From contig NC_086097.1 of the NCBI RefSeq assembly GCF_963921235.1, forward strand, positions 24,616,001-24,680,000: a DNA stretch of 64,000 nt, given 5' to 3'. Every line of letters starts with the position of its first letter. Position 1 is the stretch's first letter. Below the pieces are notes generated by a model. The model was given only the letters and a program-made list of their open reading frames with translations. It did not search any database and was not told the DNA's origin. The position numbers and the translations under genes were made by a program. Shown here in pieces: positions 24,400-37,390 of this stretch. The DNA comes from Mobula hypostoma (taxonomy: Eukaryota).

Positions 24400-24922
24400 T
24401 AGGCTAAATGATGCACTTAGAGGTTGTTTAGTTTGTGGAATCTTGCAAGAAAGCATTGAAAACAGCTCCTAAATGAAGCACAATTTACATTTAAAAGAAC
24501 AGTTGCAATAGCTATATCAATGGAAACAGCTGAGGTGCAATTGAGTTGCAATCAGGAATGAAAGTGAACATGAACAACATTGCAATGTCTAAACAGAAAC
24601 CAGACTGGCCAAATAACTTGTGTTAGCATTGTGCCAGGGGCTTGCATACACCAGACCAAAACAGATTTAAAGGTTAAACTTACAGAAAATACCACAAAGT
24701 AGGACACATACAAAGAGCATATCGGTGTGAGTGGAAAAATGTGAAACTAGCAACAGACAAGCAATATGGCTTACACTAAAAGTGAATGGCAATTTAATTA
24801 AAATGGAATTGAACACTGACTCGGATATTTCAGGCATTCCATAAAATGAGTTTGAATGGCATTTTAAAGACACTGAACTGAAGCCTGCAGATATCCAAAC
24901 TTTCTACTGGAGAAAAGATAAC

Positions 24923-25168
24923 CTTTTCACACAGAGAGTGGTGAATCTGTGGAATTCTCTGCCACAGGAAACAGTTGAGGCCAGTTCATTGGCTATATTT
25001 AAGAGGGAGTTAGATATGGCCCTTGTGGCTAAAGGGATCAGGTGGTATGGGGGGAAGGCTGGTACAGGGTTCTGAGTTGGATGATCAGCCATGATCATAC
25101 TGAATGGCGATGCAGGCTCGAAGGGCCGAATGGCCTACTCCTGCACCTATTTTCTATGTTTCTATGTT
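24923..25168 (+). mobile_element. CR1 3' end inserted into the Gypsy pol region
   Basis: Well-preserved FTQRVVNLWNSLP end with (tttctatg)n tail; possible TSD taacc. Confidence 0.85.
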
Positions 25169-25499
25169 TAACCGCAATACAACAATCAACAAGCCACATT
25201 GGGCATGTATGTGGTAAAATGGGAGTGCCAGCATTGTAGGGTCATAATTGGCTGTGACAACTACAACTTGATTGGAGATCCATCGCCAATTTGCATACCA
25301 CATCCCCTACAAAAAAGTCAACTGAAAGCGAATTTAGAAGGGTACTGGATGATGCCTCATCAATGCTCAAGGATGGATTTGGAAAACTCAAAGATATCAA
25401 GAGTAATATAGTATTAAATAAAAATGCCACACTCAGTTTTTACAAAGTCTATCTAGTTCCTTATACCTAGTGATAAAATAGCCAGTGAACTAGATTGCA

Positions 25500-25820
25500 T
25501 GGAGGCTGAAGGAATTCTTTCCAAGGTTGAGTGGAGCCCATGGGCAACACTAATGGTCACAGTAGCCAGGAAGAATGGATCTGTCAGGATCTGTGGTGAT
25601 ATTAAGGTCCCATCAACCCACTACTGAAAGTAGACCAATACTGTCTGGCCAGGATAGAGGATATCTTTCAAACCTTTCTGGGAAACACTTCAGCAAAGTA
25701 AACTTCACTAAGGCCTACCTACAGATAGAAATGGAAGAAGAGTCCAAGGTGTTTCTCACTATAAACACTCACAAAGGGCTTTATCACTATAATAGGCTTA
25801 CTTTGGAATAGCATCTGCAC
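25500..25820 (+). pseudogene. Gypsy reverse transcriptase remnant (frameshifted)
   Basis: SKVEWSPWAT...KNGSVRICGD and FSKVNFTKAYLQIEMEEESKVFLTINTHKGLYHYNRL. Confidence 0.8.
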
Positions 25821-26162
25821 CCACACTTGGCACGTTGATCGGTTGAGGACAGCAGAGCCCATTGTCAGAGGAGATAGGTGTCCAGAGTGCCAGAACCACT
25901 TCCTACAGTCCCAGAATCAACTCCTACAACTGACATGGAGGAGGCCCCAGAACCTTGATTTTAAACAATTGTTTCACAACCATAAGTCTCAACCCACCCC
26001 CCCCCCCACCTCCGCCATGTCAGGAAAGCTGTTATCCCACAAGAGTAAGAAATCCTCCACAGTGATTAAATCTTCAGACCTGAATGGGACTATTTAAAAT
26101 TTACTCTGCCATGAATGTCTATATGCAGTAATAGTTGTATTAGATAGTACACTGTTTATATA

Positions 26163-26685
26163 CAGTACCGTGCAAGAGTCAGAGGCACCATAGCTGTATA
26201 TTCAGTATGTACATAAGAGTTTTGCACAGTATTGTATTTGTCAATGTGGAGAGGAGAGTGAGTTTGAAAATCTGGCAGGTGCATAGGATGTTGGGAATGG
26301 CAAGGCTGGAGTGCCACAAGGGGACAGATGGCAGAGAATGAGTGCCAAGCCAGATGCAGACACACCCATCTCTGAGACACCAGGCAAGGTCATTTGATTT
26401 CAAACAATTGGTTTATTGATCATTACAGAATGTCTCTCTGGTGCTTCCTGCTCCCTCCTCTCCCTTCCCCTTTTCACAGCCATGATTCCCCTCTCCCTGG
26501 CCCCTTTCCCATTCTCCATCCATAATGAAGACACAGTATATCAAAATCAGGTTTATCATCATTCAAATATGTCATGAAATTTGTTTTTTTTTTGTGGCAG
26601 CAATACATGAAATTACTACAGTACTGTGCAAAAGTCTTAGGCACCCTGGCTATATATATGTGCCACAGACTTTTGTACAGTACAG
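26163..26685. mobile_element. Composite non-autonomous element: two ~65-70-bp hairpin MITEs flanking a ~385-bp cargo (copy A)
   Basis: Hairpins at 26163-26234 and 26619-26685 with TIR cagtactgtgcaaaagtcttaggcac and TA flanks; whole unit repeated in inverted orientation at 36764-37390. Confidence 0.8.
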
Positions 26686-26769
26686 TATGTCAGTGATAAT
26701 ATACCCAGGTTTATTCTATGACATACTCACATATGTCATGAAATTTGTTAGGCACCCTAGCTATATATA

Positions 26770-28215
26770 CAATGCCTATAGAAAGTTTTCACTCCCCCCT
26801 TGGAAGTTTTCATTTTTATTGTTTTACAACATTGAATCACAGTGGATTTAATTTGGATTTGCTGATACTGATCAACAGAAAAGACTCTTTCATGACAAAG
26901 TGAAAACAAATTTATAAAAATTGGTCTAAATTTATTTCAATTATTAAAAACAAAATAATTGATTGCATAATTACTCATCCCCTTCTAGTCAGTACTTAGT
27001 AGATGCAACTTTGGCAGCAATTGCAGCCTTCAGTCTGTGTGGATAGGTCTCCATCAGATTTGCACATCTGAACACTGCAATTTCCCCATTCTTTTTTACA
27101 AAACTGCTCAAGCTCTGTCAGATTGCATGGGGATCATGAGTGAAAAGCCCTTTTCAAGTCCAGCCACAAATTCTCAATGGGATTGAGGTCTGGACTCTGA
27201 CTTGCCCACTCCAGGACATTAACATTGTTGTTTTTAAGCCATTCCTGTCTAGCTTTGGCTTTATGCTTGTCATTGACTTGCTCGAAAACAAATCTTCTCT
27301 CAAGTTGCAGTTTTCTTGCAGACTGCGTCAGGCTTTCCTCCAGGATTTCCCTGTATTTTGCTGCATTCATTTTATCCTTTACCTTCATAAGCCTTCCAGA
27401 GCCTGCTGCAGTGAAGCATCGCCACAGCATGATGCAGCCACCACCATGTTTTATGACAGTGACGGTGTGTATTTGATGATGTGCAGTGTTTTGATGATAG
27501 TGATTAGTCTGATGGCCAAAAAGCTCAATTTTGATTTTATCAGACCATAGAACCTTCTTCCAGCTGACTTCAGAGTCTCCCACATGCCTTCTGGCAAACT
27601 GTAGCTGAGATTTCATGTGGGTTTTTTTCAACAATGGCTTTCTCCTTGCCACTCTCGCATAAAGCTAAGAATGTTGAATCACCTGGGCAGCAGTTGTTGA
27701 ATGCTCAGTCTGTCCCATCTTAGCCACAAAAGCTTGTATTTCTTCCAGAGTTGTCATAGATCTCTTGGTGGCCTCCCTCACTAGTCCCCTTCTTACATGG
27801 GCACTCAGTTTTTGAGGACACCCTGTTCTAGGCAGAATTACAGCTGTGCCATATTCTTTCCATTTCTTGATGATTGACTTAACTGTGCTCTGAGGGATAT
27901 TCAGTGACTTGGAAGTTTTCTTGTATCCATCTCCTGACTTGTGCTTTTCAATGACCTTTTTGTGGAGTTGCTTGGAGTGTTCTTTTTTCTTCATGATGTA
28001 ATTTTTGCCAGGATACTGACTTATGCAATGAATTATTTTGTGTTTTATATTTGTAATTAATTTAGATCACTCTGTAGAGATCTGTTTTCACTTTGACACA
28101 AAAGAGTATTTTTCTGTGTCAACAAAAGCCAAATTAAATCCACTATGATTCAATGTTGTAAAGCAATAAAACGTGAAAACTTCCAAGCGGGGGTGAACAC
28201 TTTTTGTAGGCACTG
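26770..28215 (-). mobile_element. Tc1-family DNA transposon with about 200-bp TIRs and TA target duplication
   Basis: ta|caatgcctatagaaagttttcactccccc... (26770-26970) inverted to ...gggggtgaacactttttgtaggcactg|ta (28021-28215); transposase on minus strand. Confidence 0.93.
27134..27994 (-). pseudogene. Tc1 DD34E transposase pseudogene
   Basis: Paired-like HTH N-terminus (KHKSGDGYKKTSKSL...TVKSIIKKWKEYG); ARRKPLL, VLWSD, KHGGG and SPDLNPIENLW motifs; frameshift near 27660 and second Asp lost (QVNDKH instead of QDNDPKH). Confidence 0.92.
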
Positions 28216-29089
28216 TATGTGCCTAAGACATTTGCTCAGTACTATCTATCTATATATATATAAGCAGGGTGGAGTGTTATGTATTTAATAGTCCAGTGGT
28301 ATTTGAGTAACATTGTAAATATGTTTTTTGATTATGCATTTTTGTTTGTTTAAATAATTCTTTACAGTTTATATGTAAAAGATATGTGAATGGCATACGT
28401 CATCACACCATTTCATACATACTTGCCTCGCTTAAAGTAAAAACAAAAATAGACAAGTTATCTCTTGGCTTCCTTGTTTCCCTTTCAATTAATGTTTTGG
28501 AGTTACAAAATATAACTAACCCCAAATGATATTCACTGGTGCTGTGAAGCGTGTTGCTAACCGAGACATTACCATGGCCGCCCATGGTGTCACACAGTGA
28601 GAAGGGCAAAGGCACTTCTAGAGAGAATTCCAGAGATTGGACCAATATCTCCACCACTGACAAAGAATGAGTTGTAGTGAATCAAAGAATGTGTCCTGGT
28701 GACTGTGGAAGGCTTTATTGAGTGTCTCAGGAGACGGGTGAGGGGGAGAATTCCTGGGCTAAAGGCCTGACAGCAGAGCAGCCTCATTCATGGGCGGTCA
28801 AGAGATCAGAATTAGATATTACAGAGTGTCAGATAGCTGTGGGTTTGTTCCAGAGATGAGGTGCAAGTGAGGCAAAGAAAGGAGAAGAATTTTAAAGATG
28901 AGACATCATTGCTCTGGCAGCAAGTGACGGTCAGTCAGTGGAAAAGTGGGGTGAGCAGCGGTGCGCGGTTAGGACACAAGTCGCAGATTCCAGCAGCAAG
29001 TAACTGCATAAAGCATGTCAGCAGGAAGACAAGGGATGAGCACTGGGTAAGTGCAAGCAACGTTTGAGTTGTCCAGAGCATTAGGTCAA

Positions 29090-29406
29090 AGTCTCAAGTC
29101 TGCGGTGCTGGAGGCTCATGGCAGGGAGAGTTTCTCCCTTCTACCGTCTGCATGAGATGTTGGGGCTATCGGGACTTTGAGACTTTTTTTTTACTGTGCC
29201 CATGGTCTGCTCTCTTCAAATTATGGTATTGCTTTGCACTGTTGTAACTATATGTTATAATTATGTGGTTTTGTCAGTTTTAGTCTTGGTCTGTCCTGTG
29301 TTTCTGTGATATCATTCTGGAGGAACATTGTATCATTTTTTAATGCATGCATTTCTAAATGACAATAAACGAGGACTGAGTGTCCTCATAATCTAATCTA
29401 ATCTAA
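29090..29406 (+). mobile_element. 3' end of a non-LTR retroelement with (CTAAT)n tail
   Basis: aataaa followed by ataatctaatctaatctaa; family not recognised. Confidence 0.5.
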
Positions 29407-29604
29407 ATACAAGAGATTCTGCAGATGCTGGAAATCTAGAGCAACACACACAAAATGCTGAAGGAACTCAATAGATTGGACAGCATCTATGGAGGGGAGT
29501 GAACAGTCAACACTTGAGGCCAAGACACTTCATCAGGAGTCAACATGGTAGCATCACTCACAGAGTTCAGAGGCTTCCTCAGCAGTGTGGGAGAAGACTA
29601 GTGC

Positions 29605-29796
29605 AATGATGTGTGTGTGCGTGTGCCTGTGTCAGTGTGCCTTTTTGTGTGCCTGTTAGCTCTGTGTGTGTGTCTATCTGTATTTATATGTCTGTGCATC
29701 TGTGTGTGTTTGTCTGTATTTTTGTGTGTGCCTGTGTGTCTGTCTGTGTCAGTGTTTCTGTGTCTGTGCCAGTGTTTCAGTGTGAGTGCGCGTGTG

Positions 29797-29832
<36 letters not shown>

Positions 29833-30470
29833 TGAGTGTGTGTTTCTATGTGTATTTGTTTACACACATAAGTTTGTAGATGCAACTACATGTCTGAGTA
29901 TGCTCTTTTGCCTGTGTGTGTCTCTGCATGTGCACCCTGGTGTTTGCATTCAACATTCAAGATTCAGGACTGTTTTTTGTCATTCTTCAGTACACAACTG
30001 TAAAGAGAACAAAATGATTGTTACTCCAGATCCAATGCAGCAGCAAAAACACAAAAGCCATAAAATCCACAATTACTATAAATATAAAAGCAATTCTATA
30101 AAATACAATGTCCAAGTATCTGTTGAATATGACCGTATGCACATAATGTGATGCTGGGTGCAGGAGTATCTGAACATAAGGTGACTGACAGGAAATGATA
30201 AAGTGGCAAAGTGACTGCTGGCAAGCAGAACTCTTCTCAGTAGCAGCAGGACACAGGAAAACACAGTAGGACTGAGCAGGGTTTTTTTGGGTGTGTGCAT
30301 GTGTGTCTGTGTTTGTATGGAGTTGTATGTGCATATGCAGTCTGTCTGTATCTGTGTTTGTGTGCAGTCTGTCTGTATCTGTCTGTGTTTTGTGCAATCT
30401 GTCTGTATCTATCTGTGCTTGTGTGCAGTCTGTCTGTATCTGTCTGTGTTTGTGTGTGCATTTGGGTGTG
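29605..30470. repeat. TG-rich low-complexity tracts (29605-29935, 30290-30470), including a decayed gtgcagtctgtctgtatctgt minisatellite
   Basis: Directly visible. Confidence 0.85.
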
Positions 30471-31237
30471 TGGTGAATTGTGAACACGGGACAGAATTTG
30501 GTGTGTCACAATATTTATCATCTTGCTGCAGGTTGATCTGGAAAGAGATCTATTTGACTTGAATGATATTAATTCCTGGTGACAGAGAGACCCGTAGACT
30601 CAGGCTTTGTGTGATAGAGTCATATATATAAAATGACAGATTATTTCACTAATCCTTCTATAATGCAGAGCAATAAAAAAATTCCAATACAACTTTATCT
30701 TTGCAATGCCCTTGGTGATGGATGTGGCTTGCTTCAACCTGCAAGCATGGACAGGCATTACAACACTGCAGATTAGGGGAGGAATAATTTTAATTTTTGA
30801 CATTCTTTATTTCAGCCAGTTCATGGAGCTAATCTGTTACTTGGTGCTGGTTTGTAGTCATCAGATCGCAAGCCTGTAGAAATGAGCACCTGCCCCAGCA
30901 ACCTGTAAACCCACATAGGAATTGGGCAGAGGAAGGAGAGGAAGAGTAGAAGTAGAAAGAATTTCCACCATGTTCAGGGACAGTAATTACCCCTCGACCA
31001 GCGTGAATAACTTTACTCACCACAACACTGAACAGATCACTGACTACAATCTATGGACTCATGTTCACGGACTTTGCAACTCATGCCCTTAGTATTATTT
31101 ATTCATTTTTAATACATTATTATTTTTATTATTACTATTTTTGTTGTATTTCTTTCATTGTATTTCTATTTGTCTTTTTTGTACATTGATTATTTCTCAG
31201 TCTTTATTTGTGTGGTTTTTCAATGGTTCTCTTAACC

Positions 31238-31378
31238 TAGAACATAGAAGAGTACAGCACAGTACAGGCCCTTCGGCCCACAATGTTGTGCCGACCCTTA
31301 AACCCTGCCTCCCATCTAACCCCCCAACTTAAATTCCTCCATATACCTGTCTAGTAGTCTCTTGAATTTCACTAGTGT
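31238..31378 (-). mobile_element. Short 3' copy of the young CR1 family, inserted in a Rex1/Babar 3'UTR (about 31000-31485)
   Basis: Closely matches the reverse complement of 56755-56895. Confidence 0.85.
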
Positions 31379-34029
31379 TTTTCTTTGTTCTACTGTGAAT
31401 GCCTGCAAGAAAGTGAATCTCTGGGTAGTATATGGTGATGCATATATACTTCGATAATGTATTTACTTTGAACTTCAAACTTTGAGGATTATTCCAAGTA
31501 GTTGCCCCCTCACTGCTTCTGGACTGGCCGAAATTGGAGAGGATTTGGAGACATGAAAGACTGTAAATGCCGGAACAATCAACATGGATCAGGCAGCCTC
31601 TGTGGAAGTAAGTGCACAGTCAAAGTGTTTGACTATAAGGTGCTATGAGTCTAAGTAGCATCAGGGCACTTTGTTGGCACGTGCAGTACCAGAAGAGACC
31701 ACAGAGCAGAGTCAAAAGGCAGGCTCTTATCTAAATGGAGAGAAATTGCAAGTGGGTGAAAAAAAAGATCTTCCCATACCTGTACTGTGCGTGAATCACA
31801 AAATGTTAGTGCAGCAAGTAGTAAGATATCTTTATTGCTGAGGATATGGACTTCAGAAGTGGGGAAGTACTGAACAATTATATGTGCTGTTCTTGAGGGC
31901 ACAGGAGTGCTTGCACAGTTTTGGTCCACCTATTTAGATGTTAACACTGGAGACCAACTACAAAAGAGGTTCACTGGGTTTCTTTCTTGGATAAGATCGT
32001 TCATTCTCGAGCAGCTAAAAAAGTCTGGAGATTAGAAAATGAAGCAGGATTTTATTGGTACAAGTAAGATCCTAAGGCAAGCAATGTCAGGAGAGATGTT
32101 GAGATGTTTCTACTAGCTTAGAGAGTCTCAAACAAGGGAACAAGAGTAGAACACAGAACAAAGAACATTACAGCTCAGTACAGGCCCTTTAGCCCACAAT
32201 ATAGTGCCTTCCTTCTAACCTGCTCTAAGATCAATCTAACCCATAACCCTCCATTTTCCTATCATCCTTATGCCTATCTAAATGTTTGTTAAACACAACT
32301 AATATATCTGCCTCTACCACCACTCCCGGCAGGGCACGAACTGTGTAAAAATACTACCTTTAATATCACCCCTATACTTTCCTCCAATCAATTTAAAATT
32401 ATGCCAGCTCATATGGGCCATTTTCCCCCTGGGATAAAGTGTCCACTCAATATCTATGCCTCATCATCTTGTATATCTCTATCAAGTCACCTTTCACCCT
32501 CCCTCTCTACTGAGAGAAAAGCCCCAGCTCATTCCAGCTGTCTTCATAAGACATGCTTTCTAATCCAGGCAACATCCTGGTAAATCTCCTCTGCATCCTC
32601 TCCAAAGCTTCCACATCCTTCCTGTAAAGAGGCAACCAACACTGAACACAATAGTTTAGTAAGTTGCTTCAACTTGAAAAACATTGGAGGTTCTTCTTGC
32701 AGAGGGAGATGAATCTCTGGAATTCTCTACCATGGAGGTAGTAGAGATTTGATCATTCGATAACTGAGTGTATTAAAAATAGAGATTGATAATTACTTTG
32801 AATGGAATTGAAGACAGTGGGGAACTAGCACAGAGGAGGAGTAGAAACCTGGGGCAGATCAACCGTCATCATAGCGTAGTGGCCCTATTACAGCTCAGGT
32901 CATTCCAGAGTTTGGAGTTCAATTCCAGCACCATCTGTAAGGAACTTGTACATTCACCCCATATCTGCGTAGGTTTCCGCCCACAGTCCAAAGACATACT
33001 GTTTAGTAGCATAATTGGTCATGTGATTTGACTGGTGTTAAACAGGTGAGGTGCTAGGCAGTGTGGCTCATTGTGTGGAAGAACTTGTTTCACGCTGTGT
33101 CTCTAAATACATAAAAATAAATTGAAGCTTCAGCAGGGTTAAGGGGTCGAATAGCTCAGTACTATTGCTATTCTGCTGTGCTCTCGTGTTCTTGTTGACG
33201 TTTACCGGCCCATGACTGAGTATTTTCTGGGTTTTTCTGCATGCTAGCATGAGCTGTTTTATTAGCAGAAAAATGAAAAGGGAAAGAATTGGAAATACTC
33301 AGCACGTCAGGCAGTAGCTGTGAGGAGAGAAACATTAAAGCATTTCAGTTGAGCTGAAGTGTTATTGACCTGAAATCTGTTCTATCTCGTTCCTTAATGT
33401 ATTTAATCACCCCACTTGCCCTGTTTTGGGGAGTTTGCATAGAAAAGTAAGGAGAAAGTTTTCAGTGAAGTAGAATCAGTAATAAGAGTTCAGGTAAAAA
33501 TACAGAATGTAAATGTAGGAAATGCTTAGCAAGTGGGTCACGCAGCATCTGTGGAGAGAGAATTTGAATTAATGTTTCAGACTAGTAAGCTTTCATCACA
33601 ACAGTTCTGATTGATCAGCACCGTGTAACATTAACTCTGCCTCACCACGGATACTGCTTGACCTGATTACAAATTACATGATGAGGAACATAGACCATAG
33701 AACCTGTACAGCACAGTACAGGCCCTTCAATGCATGATGTTGCACTAACCCTTAACCTCCTCTAGGATCAATCTAACTCTTCCCTCCCACATAGCCCTCC
33801 TTTTTCCTTCATCAATATCCCCATCTAGGAGTCTCTTAAATATCCCTAATTGTATCTGACTCCACCACCACTCCCGGCATCGTTTTCCACACACTGACCA
33901 ATCTCTATGTAAAATACCTTCACTGACATCTCCCCCCCCCGCCCCCCGCATACTTCCCTCACATAAAGTTATGCTCCCTCTGTTAGCCATGATGCAAGTT
34001 GCAAGTATAATTAGTCATTGTGTTTCATC

Positions 34030-34625
34030 AACAAACATGCAAAATGAAGTTGTATAAGACATTGGTGAGGCCTAATTTGGAGTATTGTGTGCAGTTTTGA
34101 TCATCAACCTACAAGAAAGATGTAATTAAGGTTGAAAGAATTTAGAGAAAATTTACAAGGATGTTGCCAGGCCTAGAGGACCTGAGTTAGAAGGAAAGAT
34201 TGAATAGGATAGGACTTTATTTCTTAGAACGTAGAAGACTGAGAGGAGATATGATAGAGGTATGCAAAATTATGAGGTGTACAGACAGAGTAAATGCCAT
34301 TAGGCTTCTTCTATTGAGGTTGGGTGGGATGACAACTAGAGATCGGGGTTAAAGTGAAAAGTAAAAAGTTTAAGGGAAACGTGGGGAAACTGCTCATTCA
34401 GAGGGTCACGAGAGTGCGAAATGAGCTGACAGAGTAGGTGGTGCATGGGAGCTCAATCTCAATGTTTAAGCCAAGTTTGGATAGGTACGTGGAAGGTAAG
34501 CATATGCTGGGCTATGGTCCCAGTACAGGTCGTTTGGGAGCAGGCAGTTTAAGTGGTTTCAGCATGGACTAGATGGACTGAAGGGTTAGTTTCTCTGCTG
34601 TACTTTTCAATGACTTTATGACTCT
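34030..34625 (+). mobile_element. Decayed CR1 3' fragment
   Basis: KLYKTLVRPNLEYCVQF remnant through to the tgactttatgactct tail. Confidence 0.8.
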
Positions 34626-36763
34626 GTCCTCACTGCTGACTTCTGCAGATAATTGGGTGTAGGACACTCCTCAAAGGAACAACTTGGATAATTGACTTCA
34701 AAAACCACAATTCTTTCCTTTAAATCTGGGACATGATCCCTATCGTTGGATAATTTCCACCCTTTTCCCCTTTACTCTCAGCTTTAGCAGGGTGCTATAT
34801 GTCCATTGATACTCAAGAGATTACAGCTGCTGGAATATGGAGCATCACGGACCCCAATCATCCAGGCCATGGTCTCTTCTTGCTATTTCTCCCTCTTCTT
34901 CTCTTCCCGCGGTAGGAGGTACAGAATCATAAACAAGAGAGATTCTGCAGAAGCTGGAAATCCAAAGCAGCGCACACAAAATGCTGAAGGAACTCAACAT
35001 GTCAGGCAGCGTCTATGGAGGGGAATAAACAGTCAACGTTTTGGGTCGAGACCCTTCTTTAAAACTGAGAAGGAAGGGGGAAACGCCAGAATCAAATGGT
35101 GGGGAGGGGAAGCTAGAAGGTGATAGGTGGGTTGGAAAGGGGGCTGGAGAAGAAGGAGTCTGGTAGGAGAACAGAGTGTACCATAGGGGAAAGTGAAGGA
35201 GGAGAGGACCCAGGGGGATCTGATAGACAGGTGACAAGAGGTAAGAGGCCAGTGTAGGCAATACAAGGAGGGGAAAAGGACTTTTTTTATACTGGCGGTC
35301 AGAAGCTTTAGGTCCCACACCACCAGCTTCAGGAAGTTATTATGCTACAACTATCAGACTCCTGAACTAACATGAATAACTTCACTCACCTCAATTCTGA
35401 AATGATTCCACAACCAATGGACTTACTTTCAAGGACTCTACAGCTCATGTTCTCAACTATTATTTATGTACATTCTTATTTAGTTGCATAGATTGACTCT
35501 TTTGCACATTGGTTGTGTGTCTTTGTTTTTCCTTGATTCTATTGCGCTCCTCTGTTCTACTGTGAAAACGATTCTCAGGGGGAGTATCTGGTGACATATA
35601 CATACTTTCTTAATAAAGTTACTTTGAACTTTGAACAGTGAACAAGGAATGATCTGCAGGAACTCAGCGGGTTAGGCAGCATCTGTGGAGAGCAGAGGGA
35701 TTTCAGCAGTTTGGCTCCCTTATTCCTCGACCCATTGAGATCCTCCAGTAGATTGCTCACTGCTCAATGATGCCACACTGCGTTGGTTGCTGCCTTGATG
35801 CTCAGGGAAGTCGCTCTCATCCCAGTCACTTGTGTCCCAACCTATAAACTTGGACTTGAAATCACAACCTATGGACTCCATGATGGGAGCCCTACCAACT
35901 CTCTTTCAATTGTAAGACAATACCATTAAAAAAATCAATTAGCGTGTTGAAATAGAAAGCTGTCTTTTGGATGAGATATTAAATCAATGTCTCTCAGAGG
36001 CACAATAATTTATGTGGCCTCTCTAAAAGAAGGTTAAACAAATGCATTAAAACTTCTATTTCTTTATTATAGCAAGCAAATCTTCTTTCTAAGTTTCAAA
36101 GTTAATCCTATTACCCTCATTGTCTTCCAATGTCACTCTTCCATTTAATGTGCAGTGTGTTACATCTGTCAGTGCTAAATTCCATTTGCCATTTATCTAT
36201 CAAATTGGATGACAAACTAAATCACTCTAGGACCATTAACCGGATCCCTCTGTTCCTGCTGTTCACTCTATTATGGGCTTTGTATATGAAGCAAACATCC
36301 AAATCAATTACACAGATAAAAAACACAAGCACTTGACTGTGAAACTGAGTGCTTACTCAACATTGCCCTTAATTCTGATGGCACTCCAGCTCAGGGTACT
36401 TACCATTCCGCTTGTTTGGCCGAACATGGTGGGCACGTTACACTGGCGCTGCAATGTGTGGCGACTCTTGGGGGCTGCCCCCAGCACATCCTCAGGTTGT
36501 GTTGGTCGTTAATAGTAACGGCGCATTTCACCGTGCGTGTGACAAGTGAATAAATGTGAATCACAGTGCAGGGATCCCTTAGAATTCTCAGGCTGGAAGT
36601 ATTTATATAGCAGAGGATTGAAACACAGAAAGGATCTTCCACTATAATCTGTTAAAGCATTTGGCTTCTCATACCTTCGTGTCATCTTTAATCTATTCCT
36701 ATATTCCCAACCTCAGCTTTAACAATGACTGGTCAAAGACAAAGGCAAGTTACTATCAATGTA

Positions 36764-37390
36764 CAGTGCTGTACAAAAGCCCATATATCAGACATTCCAC
36801 CTCTCCCGGAAGTTCCGGGAGTCTCCCGCAAATTGATGGTGCTACCGCGCTGAAATGAGTTTTTGCAGGGTGGGATGTCTGGTATATAACCAGGATGCCT
36901 AAGACTTCTGCAAAGTACTGTAGTAATTTTATGTATTGCACTGTACTGCTGCCACAAAAAAAGATAATTTTTTAACATATGTAAGTAATGATAAACCTGA
37001 TTCTGATATGGGTCTCTATTGTGGACCGAGAGAGGGAAAGGGGTAGGGAGAACGGAATCACGGTTGGGAAGAAGGGAAGAAGTGGGAAGCACCAGAGAGG
37101 CATTCTGTAATGATCAATAAACCAATCGTTTGGAATCAAATGACCTTGCCTGGAGTCTCAGGGCTGGGTGTGTCCAAAGACTGAACCTGCACCACCCCTT
37201 GCCCCGGTACTCCTTTTCTGCCACCTGTCCCACACCCCTCCCGCGGCACTCCACTCTCGCCATTCCCAACATCACTTGCTCCTGCCAGATGTACAAATTC
37301 GCTCTCTGCTCCACATTGACAAATACAGTACTGTGCAAAAGTCTTAGGCACCCTACCTATTAATATGTGCCTCAGAGTTTTGCAGGACTG
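36764..37390. mobile_element. Composite hairpin-MITE element, copy B (inverted relative to 26163-26685), with a ~92-bp MITE inserted at about 36789-36881
   Basis: Hairpins at 36764-36920 and 37326-37390 with the same cargo as copy A; insert TIR cagacattccacc/ggtgggatgtctg. Confidence 0.8.

Larger units (their letters stand above)
23782..28518 (+). mobile_element. Decayed Gypsy/Ty3 LTR retrotransposon (Mag/K02A2.6-like) with nested insertions
   Basis: LTR-like direct repeats at about 23782-23930 and 28276-28518; purine tract aagcagggtggag before the 3' LTR; gag remnant at 24049; RT remnants at about 25500-25820. Confidence 0.8.

Noticed and set aside
30532..30578. Plus-strand mini exon VDLERDLFDLNDINS
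   Set aside because: Weak polypyrimidine tract and poor donor (TG|gtgaca)
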